Assembly (NCBI RefSeq): GCF_016433145.1
Contig: NC_058131.1
Coordinates: forward strand, 39,707,257-39,771,256
Direction: 5' to 3'
DNA from: Gracilinanus agilis
Taxonomy: Eukaryota
Length of the DNA: 64,000 bases
Positions 23,901 to 33,107 of the stretch are shown here, in pieces. The notes beneath the pieces are model-generated. The model did no database searches and was not told where the DNA came from. It saw only the letters and a program-made list of their open reading frames with translations. Each line of letters starts with the position of its first letter. Positions within the stretch are counted from its first letter, which is position 1. The position numbers and the translations under genes are program-made.

Positions 23901-26900
23901 CTGCAAGTATCTTGGAAACAGAAAATTCACCCTGAAATTGCCGGCTGTGATCACATCTTCAAAGGACTTAGGAAAGTTTCCAAAAGTATACAATTTTACT
24001 AGTGCTAAACCCAGTATCAAGCACCACAGTACTTCTGTTCATCCCTATTTTTACATTCATACACACACAACACCAAAAAAAAATGTACAAATATATCCAG
24101 CCCACACTCAGAAATAAACCCCTTTTTCTGTGGTTTCAGAAACTCCAATGCGTTTTCTGGGATGACAATAAAGGTAGGTGTTTCCCTGCCACATCACCCC
24201 ACTTCCTCCTGATTTCCAGGAAGGGATGCCCAGAACCTAGAAGGGGGTGGAGAGTGGAGAGAGAACTGGTCCCTGGCTTCTCTTTCTAGAATCCTAATCC
24301 GGTACCTTTTCAGGTACAGGTGGAGACTGGAAATCCACAGGTTGTTACACAGAGCAAAAGTTCAACCAGACCATCTGCCGCTGTGACCACCTGAGCTTCT
24401 TTGCCCTGTTGCTGGTGACGTGTCAGGGCTCCTAGGGAGGGGAGTGGGGTATCACCGTCCCCTCGTGACTCAAGCTCCCTGGACTCCTGGTCAATGCACT
24501 CATGTGAATTGAGGCTCTCTGACATGGGGAGGACTGAGAAGATTCATGCTATTTTTATCTAATTAATTTGGGGATGGGGGGGCATGTCTCACAGAAGCCC
24601 ATTGATGCCTCCACAGCGAAGACTCTGAACCAAATCTCTCTTGCTGGGTGTAGCACCTCCCTGTGCTTCCTAATCCTCACCATAATCCTCTATTTTGCCC
24701 TGAGGTAAGTCAGCTTCCTATCTTCACTTCTATGCATACTCAAGTATGGCCTCTCTCTCCCTCGCCCCAGCTTCCGAGTGAGCCCCTTGGTCCAGGGAGG
24801 TGCTCTCTACTACACCCAGCTTTCTATGTTGGGTCATTTTCATCACAGAGCTTCTCTTCCAAGGCCCAAGACTCTTTTCTTAACCTTCCAACCTCTAGTC
24901 CATCCCCTCTTACCTACCAGGCATTAAGCTTCATAGAATAGAAAATCACTTCCCAAGCCTTGAAATTCTGTTTCCTTCTAAACTTCCTGATCCCTCCTAG
25001 CTTCTAAAGTCTCCTCCTCCCCAGAAGTTCAGTCATGTCCAATTCTTCATCATCCCATTTGGGGGTTTCTTGTTGAAGATACTGGAGTGGTTTTGCATTT
25101 CTTTCTCAGCCTCATTTGACAGATGGGGAAACTGAGGCCAACAGTTAAGTGACTTGCCCAGGGTCACACAGCAAGTAAGTATCTGATGTTGATTTGAACT
25201 CAGGTCTTCCTGACTCCCACTGTACCAAAATATGTACATGCTTTCTCTCTGATAGAATGGAAGCTCTTTGAGGGCAAAGACTGTTTTATTTTCTGTCTTT
25301 CTATCCCTAGTACCTAGCACAGTGCCTGGTACAAGGTAGGCTTGATAACTATTGATCAATTAATTGATGACTTCAGTTAGACATAAGAATTACTCATAAT
25401 AGGATCAGAGACTCCAGAACCAGAAGGAACCAGAGATGCCACCTAATTCAAATGCCTCATTTTATAGATGAGGAAACAGGGGTTCAAAAAGTCATGATGA
25501 CTTGCCTAAGATCATACAAGGTCACAGAGGGAGAGGGTGACAGAAATGGGCTGAAAAAAGTATCATTTTTTAAAACCCTTAACTTCTGTGTATTGGCTCC
25601 TAGGTGGAAGAGTGGTAAGGGTGGGCAATAGGGGTCAAGTGACTTGCCCAGGGTCACACAGCTGGGAAGTGTCTGAGGCTGGATTTGAACCTAGGACCTC
25701 CTGTCTCTAGGCCCAACTCTCAATCCACTGAGCTACCCAGCTGCCCCCCGAAAAAAAGTATCATTAGGAAAACAAAAAGTCTTTTTTTCAGAGGACAGTA
25801 AGGATGGTACTGTAGCTCGTCCCTGAATACTCAACCATGGGACTAACATATTGGGGTCCAGATAGTAGGTGTCCACTTTTAAAGATGGTTGAAGAACAGA
25901 AAAACTGAATGGGGAAAAGGAGGGCACAACTAGGTGACTCAGTGGATTGAAAGCCAGGTCCAGAGACTGGAGGTCCTGGGTTCAAATCTGATCTCAGACA
26001 CTTCTAACTGTGTGACCCTGGGCAAGTTACTTAACCCCCATTGCCTATCCCTGGGTTGAGGAACTGGTTTGTGCAGAGGAGGCTGCTCCCTTCCCCTTCT
26101 CACAATACCAGCCCCTCTGTCCAGCCCCCCAATGGGAGTGCTTCCTCCCTCCCCTCTCTGGGGTAAGGGGGTGGCTCACATGCGGCATGAGGGTGCAGTT
26201 TGGGCCCTCTGCGTCTAAAAGGTTCGCCATCACTGGTCCTAGCCCATATCTCTCTGGCTTAGAACTAATACAAAGTGTTGATTATATGGAAGGTAAGAGT
26301 TTTTCATTTTTTGATTTTTTAAGTTGAATGGGAGTGGAGGCAGCTGAAGTCACATCTCAGATCTGTCCCTGGTGCTGACATCCCTGAAGTTCCTTTTTTT
26401 TCCCATTGGTCTACTTATGGCCATGACTTCTCTTTCCCTCCAAATCCTTCCTTTTTGAAACTTCCTTTCATAAATTATTTGAACTGGAGCTACTCTAGAA
26501 ATCATCTCATTGGGCTTCCCCTCAATTTTATAGAAGTTGAGTTGTAGTGATGAGCTAAGATTTGCACAAGGTTACATTGCTAGATACTGGCAAAGCCAGG
26601 ACTTTCATACAATTCTTCTTGACCTCCTGGTCAGTTCTTTTTCTACTAAACAAGGAATCTCTCCTTCCTCTCCCAATCCAAAAGAAAAACATATAATAGA
26701 CAATGCAATACCTCACATCTGCCAGGCTATGGAGACAAAATGTTTAGCTATGGAGTTTCTGGATGATCATAGGACTCAAAAAGCTTCCTAAGGACACAGT
26801 ACTTGGAAGTTATCTGGAAATATTGAGACATTCCCTTTTCCCTTCCTCAATTTAGGGTATTTGAGGTGAGGAGTAAAAGAGAGGGGAAAGTGAAAAAGTA

Positions 26901-29900
26901 GAAATTAATACATTTAATGAGTGTCTAGGTCAAACTTTTATAACTAAGCCTTTTCTCTACACCCCCCACCAGAAGATTTGCTGCTTTGGCATGATCAGGC
27001 TACAATAAGCAGGCCAGTATAGTAGAAAGCCCACTAGGTTTAGAATCAGAAGGTTCAAACTCCTTATTACCTGTTTAACTTTGGACAAAAGTCCCTCCTA
27101 AGCCTCTGTTTCCTTAACTGCCAAACAAGAGGAGATGCACTTGGTAGCCTCTAAGATGCCTTCTAACTATACATTTTAATTCTTTTGTAATTTTATGGGC
27201 TAAGCAATCTTTCCTTGGGCCACAGCTCTCTTTGGCCTCTCATCCCAGACCAGGATGTTACTTACCTCTTTCCGAGGAACTCCATGGATTTCTTTAAATG
27301 ACTGTGTTGATCGTGAGACCTTAAGAAACATGTCTGTTGGACTGGAAGCTCAGAGCAGGCACCATTCCACAGTCTAACAAAGCCCACTTACAATTGCCTG
27401 GAAGCTCCCCATACTGACTGTGGGGTCTTTTCTATTCTCGTTGTACAAACTCAGGAGGTCTACTTTTCCAGTCTGGGTCTGGTTCTTTATCTATAAAATG
27501 TGAGAGTTGCTCTAGACACCTCATAAGGTCCTTTTTCCAGCTTTATCATCATTCAGTTTTTAGAGTTGTGTCCAACTCTTTGTGACCTTATTTGGGGTTT
27601 TCTTGGCAGAGATACTGGAATGGTTTGTCATTTCCTTCTCCAGATCTTTGACAGAGGAGGGAAATTGAGGCAAACAGAGTTAAGTGACTTGCCTAGGGTC
27701 ACACATCTAATAAGTGTCTTGGGCAAGATTTAAATTTAGGAAGATGAGTCTTCCTGACTCCAGTCCCTGTGTTCTATCCACTGCACCACCTAGTTATTAG
27801 TCTATAGTGAGAGGCAACAAGACATAGAAAGAAAGGGCGTTATCATGTTAAACATGCATTGTGGGCCAGGCTCTGGAGATAGAACTACAAAGAATGGACT
27901 TTCCGACTTAGTGGTCCTCCGGGGTAGCACCAGCAGCTACAGGCACTACATCATCAAGGATGGGGCTAACCATACTACCTTGAGTTAGCCCAGCTTTCCA
28001 CTGCCTCTAACAAGCCCTGTGTGCAATAATCTGCATTTTAATGGAGAAATCACATACATAATGCATGTATGCATACACAGACATACATGTGTATATGCAT
28101 GTTTGTGTAAATATACATGCATGTATACAAGTATGTCTAGGTGGTTTGGGAGGAATGTTTCTAGCGATTGGGAAGTGGGCAGCATTCGGGAACAGAAACT
28201 GATCATCTGGGGAAATGGTTGGAGAAGGATCAGAGGTCCTGTGTTCTAATTCCATCTCTGTCACTAATTCACTGTGTGACCCTGGACACTTTACATCTCT
28301 GGTTCTTAATTTTCTCATCTGTAAAATGGGGGTAATAAGAGCTCTTCTGCCTACCTTCCAGGCTATTGGAGGAAATGCTTTGAAGATATAATATACTTTG
28401 ATGAGGGTTGCTATTATTTCTCTTCCCTGCCTTAAATAAAGTGCTTCTTCCTTTCTCTGGAGGAATTCAATAGTTTCCTTTCAGATGGGTCTCCTGTTTT
28501 TCTCCCCCTCCCCCTTGACCTTCCTGTCCCTGTCTCCAAGCTCCATTTCTCTGGTTCCTGTCCCCACATCCTCCTTTTAGGTTCACAAGGCAGAAATTCA
28601 AGTCAGAAGATGCTCCCAAAATCCATGTGGCCCTCAGCATCAGCTTGGCCCTTCTGAATCTCACCTTCATCATCAACCAGTCCTCAAAGCAAGGAACCTC
28701 CTGCCCTGCACAGGGAGGTATTTTCCATTTCTTCCTGCTCTGTTGTTTCACCTGGATGGGCATCGAGGCCTTTCACCTGTACCTGCTGGCAATCAAGATT
28801 TTCAACATATACATAAGACACTACTTCCTAAAGCTGTGCCTGGTGGGCTGGGGTAGGTGACTGTCCTAAGTGTGTCCAGCAGGGGTGGAGCTTGGCCCTG
28901 GTGCCAGCTCTAGGAACCAAATGAGAAGAACCCAGGAGAAATGTCATGATTCCTTTTTCTTCTTCCTCCTCCTCCTCCTCTCCCTCTGGGATCTAGGATT
29001 TCCCATCTTAGTGGTCCTCATCACAGGAAGCACTGGCAGCTACGGGCAATACACCATTGATGAAAAGGCTAATGGTACCCACGAGAAACTGTGAGTTATT
29101 TCAGCTTTCCACTTGCCTCTAAATTTGGAGAGGGAAACAGAGGAGGGAGGATAGGGGAGACTTCTAAAGCAAAGGGTTACTTTCCCTTCCTTAGGACAAG
29201 AGCCAATAGACAAGTCATGGGGCTATTTATCATAGGCATCTGAGCTAAATGGAGACCTCCGAGATAATCTCATCCAACCCCAACCCTCTCATTTTATAGA
29301 TGAGGAAGCTGAGGCCCCTTGAACTGAAATAACTTGACCCAAGAGATATAGTTAGTAAGAAGTAGGTCTGGGACTTGAACCCAAATCTACAAGATCAGGG
29401 GATCTTTCGACTGCACAAAATGAGAACATTTGTAAAGTGTTTTATGTAAAAATATGTAAAATGCTTTACAAACTTTAAAGCATTATTATATAATACTTCC
29501 ATCTTTTCTGTATTCCATATCAGTTTTTCACAGGGTATTAGAAGACTTAGTCTCTCCTATTAGTTATTCCAAAGTCCATTTGCCTTTCATGAACCTCAGT
29601 TTCTTCATCTGCAAAATGGAAATCATTCTTTGTCTTGTCCATGGTGGGCAGACAGTAGGCAAGACCAGTTCTCAAGAATTTAGACTCCAGAGTAGACAAG
29701 ACAAATTCTTAAGATTTTAGACTCACATACTAGAAAAAATTCTTGGAGATTCAAGTACCAAAGAGCACCATAGAGAGACTTCTTCTAAAACCCTTGGTCG
29801 TTGTCCCTGAGGAACTCGTTAACTAAAAATTCTTCCCTGTTGTAGACTGAATAAATTGTATTGGTTTTCTTTTTGGAGAAACAGAAGCAGGTAATAGGGA

Positions 29901-32804
29901 AAGCCCTGGGCTTGGAGTCAGGAGTTTTGCCTTGAAACATCTAATTAATGCAGTGGATAGAGTGTTGTCCAGGAGGTCAGGAAGTTCTGAGTTTGAGTCT
30001 AGCCACAGACACTTCCTAGCTGGATTATCCTGGGACAGTCATTTAATCTATATACCTGCTCAGTTTCCTCAATTGTAAAATGGAGATAATAAGAAGACCT
30101 CCCTTACAGGGTTATTATGAGGTTTAAAGGAGAAAATATTTGTATAGCACTTAGCACAGTGCCTGACACAGCAGGCACTATAAAAATGTTATATTCCTTT
30201 CCTTCCTTCCTGGGTTAATATCCCAGCTCTTCCAACATATCAGCTATGTGCAACCTTGGATATATCACTTCTCTACTGTGTCTCAGTTTCTTCATCTGTT
30301 AAATAAAGGGTAATAAGAATTACATTACCTCTTTCAAAGAGAAGCCTTTATAAATCTTGAACCCTATAGAAATGTACTCTACAATTATTTCCCTTAAAGA
30401 CCAGTTGGAGAGAGGCTATAGGCACGACCCTGGGAAGCCACTGCACCCTTCGTGGGCCTAAGTTTTCCTCTTCTATAAAGCAGAAAGCATTTTTTTCTCC
30501 TGCCCACATTGTAGTAAAATTAGACAAGTAAGGGCCAATTGTCAAAGCTGGTGCTAGACGAAAAAGTTAGTCAAGATTGGTTTTAGGAAGGCACCTCAGC
30601 TTAAAGGGAGAAAGTGATCGCTGCATCCCTAGAGACCAGATAACTACTTTTGGAAGGTGTTGTATTTATTTTATTTTATTAAAAAAAAGTTTATTCCAAA
30701 TGTTTACAAATCCAAACAAAACAAGCATTCCCACATATAAGGAAAAAGAAGATATCACACAAACGAAATCACAAAACTCCTATATGTTTAACTTACTTTT
30801 CTTCATATCTATATGAGAGATCCCATCCACTACTGTCCCAATCCCTTCCCATCCTGCCCTCATTACACAAGAAATCATCATGGAGGACAACATGTTCATA
30901 TAACTTAAATATTTCCTGTTTTATCTTTCTGTTCATTTTCTGGAGGTAGCATTCTCAGTTTATTCTTCTAGTCTTAGTTCCGTGGCCTTGCATAATGTTC
31001 TCCTGGTTCTACTCATTTCAATGTTCATTATTTCATACAGTTCTTAGCAGGGTTTTAAAAAAAATAATTTATTCATTATTTCTAATAGCACAGTAGTATT
31101 CCATCACCATCAGACACCACAATTTGTTTAGCCATTTCCCAGTTGATAGGCATCTCCTCAGATGTTCCAATTCTTTGCTACCACAAAGAGAGCTGCCATT
31201 AATATTTTGGAGCATATGGGCTCTTTTCGACTTTCCCAAATCTCTTTCGAAAGTAGACCCAAAAATGGTATTGCTGAGTCTGAGGGGATACACAGTTTTA
31301 TAATTAACTCTCTGGGCATAATTCCAAATTTCTCTCCAAAACAGTTGGATTGATTCACAGCTCCACCAACATTGCAGTAGTTTTTCCACACCCCCTCCAA
31401 GATTTGTCACTTTGTCCTTTTGTCACGTTAGCCAGTTTGGTGGGTGGGAGGTGATATCTCAGAGTTGTTTTGGTTTACATTTCTCTAATCAGTAGTCATT
31501 TGGAGCATTTTTTCACATACCTATATATGGCCTTGATTTCTTCATCCAAAAATTGTCTGTTCATATCTTTTACCCATTTATCTGTTGGGAGATGGCTCGC
31601 GTTCTCATAAATTTGATAACATTCACTACGGTGATCCCTCACCTATCTCAGGAGTTACATTCCAGAGACCCCCAGGACAGGTGAAAATCTGCAAAGTAGC
31701 AGTGCTATATTTATTTTATTATTTATGTATATTTTAAAGCTTTATCAACCCTTCCCACTCACCTATAAAACTTTTCCACACTCTTATTCATCTTTCCCAC
31801 ATTCTTATAAACACTTCAGGTGCTCTTAAACACTTTCTGAACATATGGATCAGTGCCCAGGATACAGAACACAGCACTGTGGCTGATCTCTTTTCATTCA
31901 ATCAGTCAATAGTGAATGTATACAATCTCAGGTTGGCAAACTTGTGCAAGCAGTAGTGGCATACTGCATTCCCATTGTTACAGTACGGTATTCATCCACA
32001 AAATCCTGCAATAGAAAAAACTCTGTGATACAGAATTAGATTTTAAAAAACAAACAAAACACGATACAGTGAAGCCGTGATAAGTGAACCACGATATAGC
32101 CAAGGATGACTATATATTTTAGATATGAGATCTTTATCTAAGGGGCTGTCTTTAAAATTTTTTTCCCAAAATTCTCTGTGTTTTTTTTTTCTAATCTTGG
32201 CAGCATTTATTTTATTTATACAAGAAACTTTCGATTTAATTAAAAATTCATTTATTTTACAATTCAATTCAATTTTAATTCAGAATTACCCATTTCACAT
32301 TTCATAATGCTCTCCATCTCTTGTTGACTCATAAATTTGGAAGGAAATTATAGAAGACATCCCTGTTCAGGTATGGGATATTCTTCTGGGATCTCCATCA
32401 GCTTTGAGATTCGGAGATTCTGGGACAGGTCTAAGATGAACTTTGTGGGATGATCAGAAGGGAAACCATTAGGGTAGGGCAAGGGAAAGAGGCTTACCTC
32501 TTGTATTGATCATCTTGAATGCTGGCCAGGTGCTGGATAAAGAACAGAACCGCCCTGTACATCACAGTCCATGCCTACTTTGTTGTCATCTTCCTCTTTG
32601 GTGCTGTGGTCTTGAGCTTGGTAGCCTGGAAGATTTTCCACCTCCGAGGCTCCAGGGCAGGCAAGGAACAGAACCAGACATGGAAGGGCATTCTCACAGT
32701 GCTTGGCCTCTCTTGCTTGGTGGGGGGAACATGGGGGCTGTTCCTCCTCACCCAGATTGGTCTGACCACTGTCTACATCTTCACTCTACTCAACTCTCTC
32801 CAAG
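8864..32804 (+). CDS. ADGRG3: ADGRG3 (GPR97) adhesion GPCR, multi-exon; 3'-terminal exon missing in the gap
   Basis: Eleven GT-AG exons (37+154+142+147+123+34+101+110+272+94+275 = 1489 nt) join in one frame. They encode a signal peptide, GAIN/GPS (CVFWD..W...GC..CRCDHL|SFFALLL) and TM1-TM7 matching recalled GPR97 (FKSEDAPKIHVAL, EAFHLYLLA, HYFLKL, ALYITVH, LNSLQG). Lies directly downstream of ADGRG1, as in eutherians. Confidence 0.95.
10305..10510. repeat. Degenerate AT-rich tandem repeat (about 35-bp unit)
   Basis: Recurring cctaatact..catatataaaaat.. units, about six copies. Confidence 0.6.
10990..11740 (-). mobile_element. Old L1 3' fragment with internal AT-rich degenerate tandem block (11320-11470)
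   Basis: Antisense L1 motifs (gccattccccatttgacaggcacc, ttcttttccaccacaaaagaactgct, tgtacatatgggtccttttc). Ends just upstream of the exon 2 acceptor. Confidence 0.7.
11765..11918 (+). CDS. ADGRG3: ADGRG3 exon 2
   Basis: ttttag|AT..AG|gtgaga; DPMRAK..RCSEE..NCFVLCNQSSLECNSKVIE. Cys spacing resembles the GPR97 N-terminus; phases 1/2 fit the neighbouring exons. Confidence 0.8.
12370..14220 (+). mobile_element. CR1/L3 LINE fossil including decayed reverse-transcriptase region
   Basis: ggatctgttctcatcctagtgct..tcaatgacttgat..gtgaaatgtgcagaggatacaaag corresponds to CR1 RT QGSVLGP..INDLD..KFADDTK; the 3' part ends with gagggattagactta. Interrupted by a SINE (12663-12907) and a DNA element (about 13755-13965). 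Confidence 0.8.
13755..13965. mobile_element. Old non-autonomous DNA-transposon fossil inside L3
   Basis: Ends resemble (g)gtatcaa.. and ..gagtttgacag flanked by CTA/CTAG, typical of old hAT MER-type elements. Family not determined. Confidence 0.5.
14560..14765. repeat. CT-rich low-complexity tract
   Basis: Interleaved TCTC/TCTG/TTCC runs. Confidence 0.9.
15515..15989 (+). mobile_element. hAT MITE, copy 2 (475 bp, intact ends)
   Basis: 16-bp TIRs cagtgatggcaaacct and aggttcaccatcactg (14/16 match). 8-bp TSD gcctagtc (15507-15514) and gcatagtc (15990-15997). Confidence 0.92.
16048..16189 (+). CDS. ADGRG3: ADGRG3 exon 3
   Basis: ctgcag|C..CAG|gtgact; FWIKKEEELAEN..VSQDVSFSFSPSQ, comparable to GPR97 YWLNYE..EDFYFSLEPSQ. 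Confidence 0.88.
16497..16690. mobile_element. hAT-Charlie (MER5-like) non-autonomous fossil
   Basis: Begins cagagattcttaacctggggtcca and ends ..caccagattgccaaagggtc..cccctaatctag. Confidence 0.6.
16810..17055 (+). mobile_element. L1 3' UTR terminal fragment
   Basis: atatgtataacccagatcaaat..gggaggaaaaaatttggatcttataatttcagaaa, ending in aataaaaataaa. Confidence 0.6.
17354..17500 (+). CDS. ADGRG3: ADGRG3 exon 4
   Basis: ttgcag|ATG..AAG|gtgagg; contains PDRVRLPRSLF..GDIFK. Confidence 0.95.
18171..18366 (+). mobile_element. SINE1_Mdo-like SINE, full length
   Basis: gggggcatctgggtggctcaatggattgagag head to gatggaaggtaagagttaaaa tail. Confidence 0.9.
19217..19404 (+). mobile_element. SINE1_Mdo-like SINE with 16-bp TSD
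   Basis: TSD taatagtcaaagggaa at 19201-19216 and 19405-19420. Confidence 0.92.
19840..20130. repeat. (TA/CA)-rich low-complexity repeat
   Basis: Degenerate atacacatat units; similar tracts at 22160-22210 and 28040-28140. Confidence 0.9.
20895..21260 (-). mobile_element. L1 3' UTR fragment
   Basis: acatgattcatg..ctcccagagttgacaagcaattccacttggttatacat is the reverse complement of the L1 tail seen at about 62140-62230. Confidence 0.75.
21528..21710 (-). mobile_element. Young SINE1_Mdo-like SINE with 10-bp TSD
   Basis: TSD aagggctttt at 21518-21527 and 21711-21720; CpGs retained. Confidence 0.93.
22743..22865 (+). CDS. ADGRG3: ADGRG3 exon 5 (GAIN)
   Basis: ttcag|GGC..CAG|gtaat; GQQLSSTVLDKRIVGIRVG..VEITFSHKPELQ. 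Confidence 0.93.
24140..24173 (+). CDS. ADGRG3: ADGRG3 exon 6 (GPS first half, KLQCVFWDDNK)
   Basis: tttcag|AAA..G|gtaggt; 34 nt, phases 0/1. Confidence 0.92.
24314..24414 (+). CDS. ADGRG3: ADGRG3 exon 7 (GPS cleavage site and tethered agonist)
   Basis: tttcag|GT..CTG|gtgacg; GTGGDWKSTGCYTEQKFNQTICRCDHLSFFALLL. Confidence 0.95.
24595..24704 (+). CDS. ADGRG3: ADGRG3 exon 8 (TM1)
   Basis: cacag|AAG..AG|gtaagt; KPIDASTAKTLNQISLAGCSTSLCFLILTIILYFAL. Confidence 0.95.
25568..25749 (-). mobile_element. SINE1_Mdo-like SINE with 14-bp TSD
   Basis: TSD aaaaaagtatcatt at 25554-25567 and 25752-25765. Confidence 0.92.
25920..26300 (+). mobile_element. SINE1_Mdo-like SINE interrupted by a hAT MITE
   Basis: SINE head to ..cccccattgcctat (26048), foreign insert, then SINE resumes at cctagccc..gattatatggaaggtaagag. 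Confidence 0.85.
26051..26235 (-). mobile_element. hAT MITE, copy 3 (one TIR retained), nested in a SINE
   Basis: Ends aaaaggttcgccatcactg; interior homologous to 6617-6825 and to the right arm of 15515-15989. Confidence 0.85.
27896..28010 (+). pseudogene. ADGRG3: Decayed duplicate (pseudo-exon) of ADGRG3 exon 10 plus adjacent donor intron
   Basis: CTTAGTGGTCCTC is identical at 27907-27919 and 29007-29019. The central 50 nt match 36/50 by manual alignment. The intron flank tgagtta..cagctttccact(t)gcctctaa is shared. AG acceptor and GT donor are both lost. Confidence 0.85.
28581..28852 (+). CDS. ADGRG3: ADGRG3 exon 9 (TM2-TM3, start of TM4)
   Basis: ttttag|G..G|gtaggt; FTRQKFKSEDAPKIHVAL..FTWMGIEAFHLYLLAIKIFNIYIRHYFLKLCLVGW. 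Confidence 0.97.
28997..29090 (+). CDS. ADGRG3: ADGRG3 exon 10 (TM4-ECL2)
   Basis: tctag|GA..CT|gtgagt; GFPILVVLITGSTGSYGQYTIDEKANGTHEKL. Confidence 0.95.
30650..32300 (-). mobile_element. L1 ORF2 3' region and 3' UTR, split by a Tigger-like MITE
   Basis: Minus-strand peptides LCIPSDSAIPFLGLLSKE..CSKILMAALFVVAKNW and DKDLISKIY match the L1 ORF2 C-terminus. Confidence 0.9.
31629..32112. mobile_element. Tigger/pogo-like (Tc1/mariner) non-autonomous element
   Basis: Imperfect TIRs cggtgatccctcacctatctcagg and ccacgatatagccaaggatgacta, flanked by TA (31627-31628, 32113-32114). Tigger-type subterminal motif ccgtgataagtgaaccacgata. Confidence 0.8.
32530..32804 (+). CDS. ADGRG3: ADGRG3 exon 11 (TM5-TM7)
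   Basis: gccag|G..G|gtaaga; CWIKNRTALYITVHAYF..GTWGL..VYIFTLLNSLQ. Confidence 0.96.
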
Positions 32805-33107
32805 GTAAGAAAATTCTCTCAATTTAATAGATAAGTTACAAATAAATTAAATTATTTCCTTAGGGTCACAAAAAAGATAGTGGCAAAGGAGGGACTTGGA
32901 TGGAGGTGTCTTTTCTCATATCCTCTTGTTTTTTCCAAAGAATCAGATAAGATCAATTTATGGGTCAAAGAGGGAGACAGGGGACCAGGAATCCTGTCTT
33001 TCATCTGCATAATGGCTGGAGAGAGGAGAAAGCCTGAAGTCAACACTGAGAAATGCCAACTCTCAGGCTCTGTGCCCAAAAATTGGCTGGGATATATATC
33101 CCAGCCA

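Noticed and set aside
27380-27440. Weak resemblance (gaagctcccc..tgtgg) to the start of ADGRG3 exon 9, as a partner of the exon-10 fossil
   Set aside because: Too short and gapped to distinguish from chance by eye.
31069-31410. 113-aa and 80-aa ORFs with protein-like content; likewise 40441-40656 and 40896-41147
   Set aside because: These are frameshifted L1 ORF2 remnants, not host genes.
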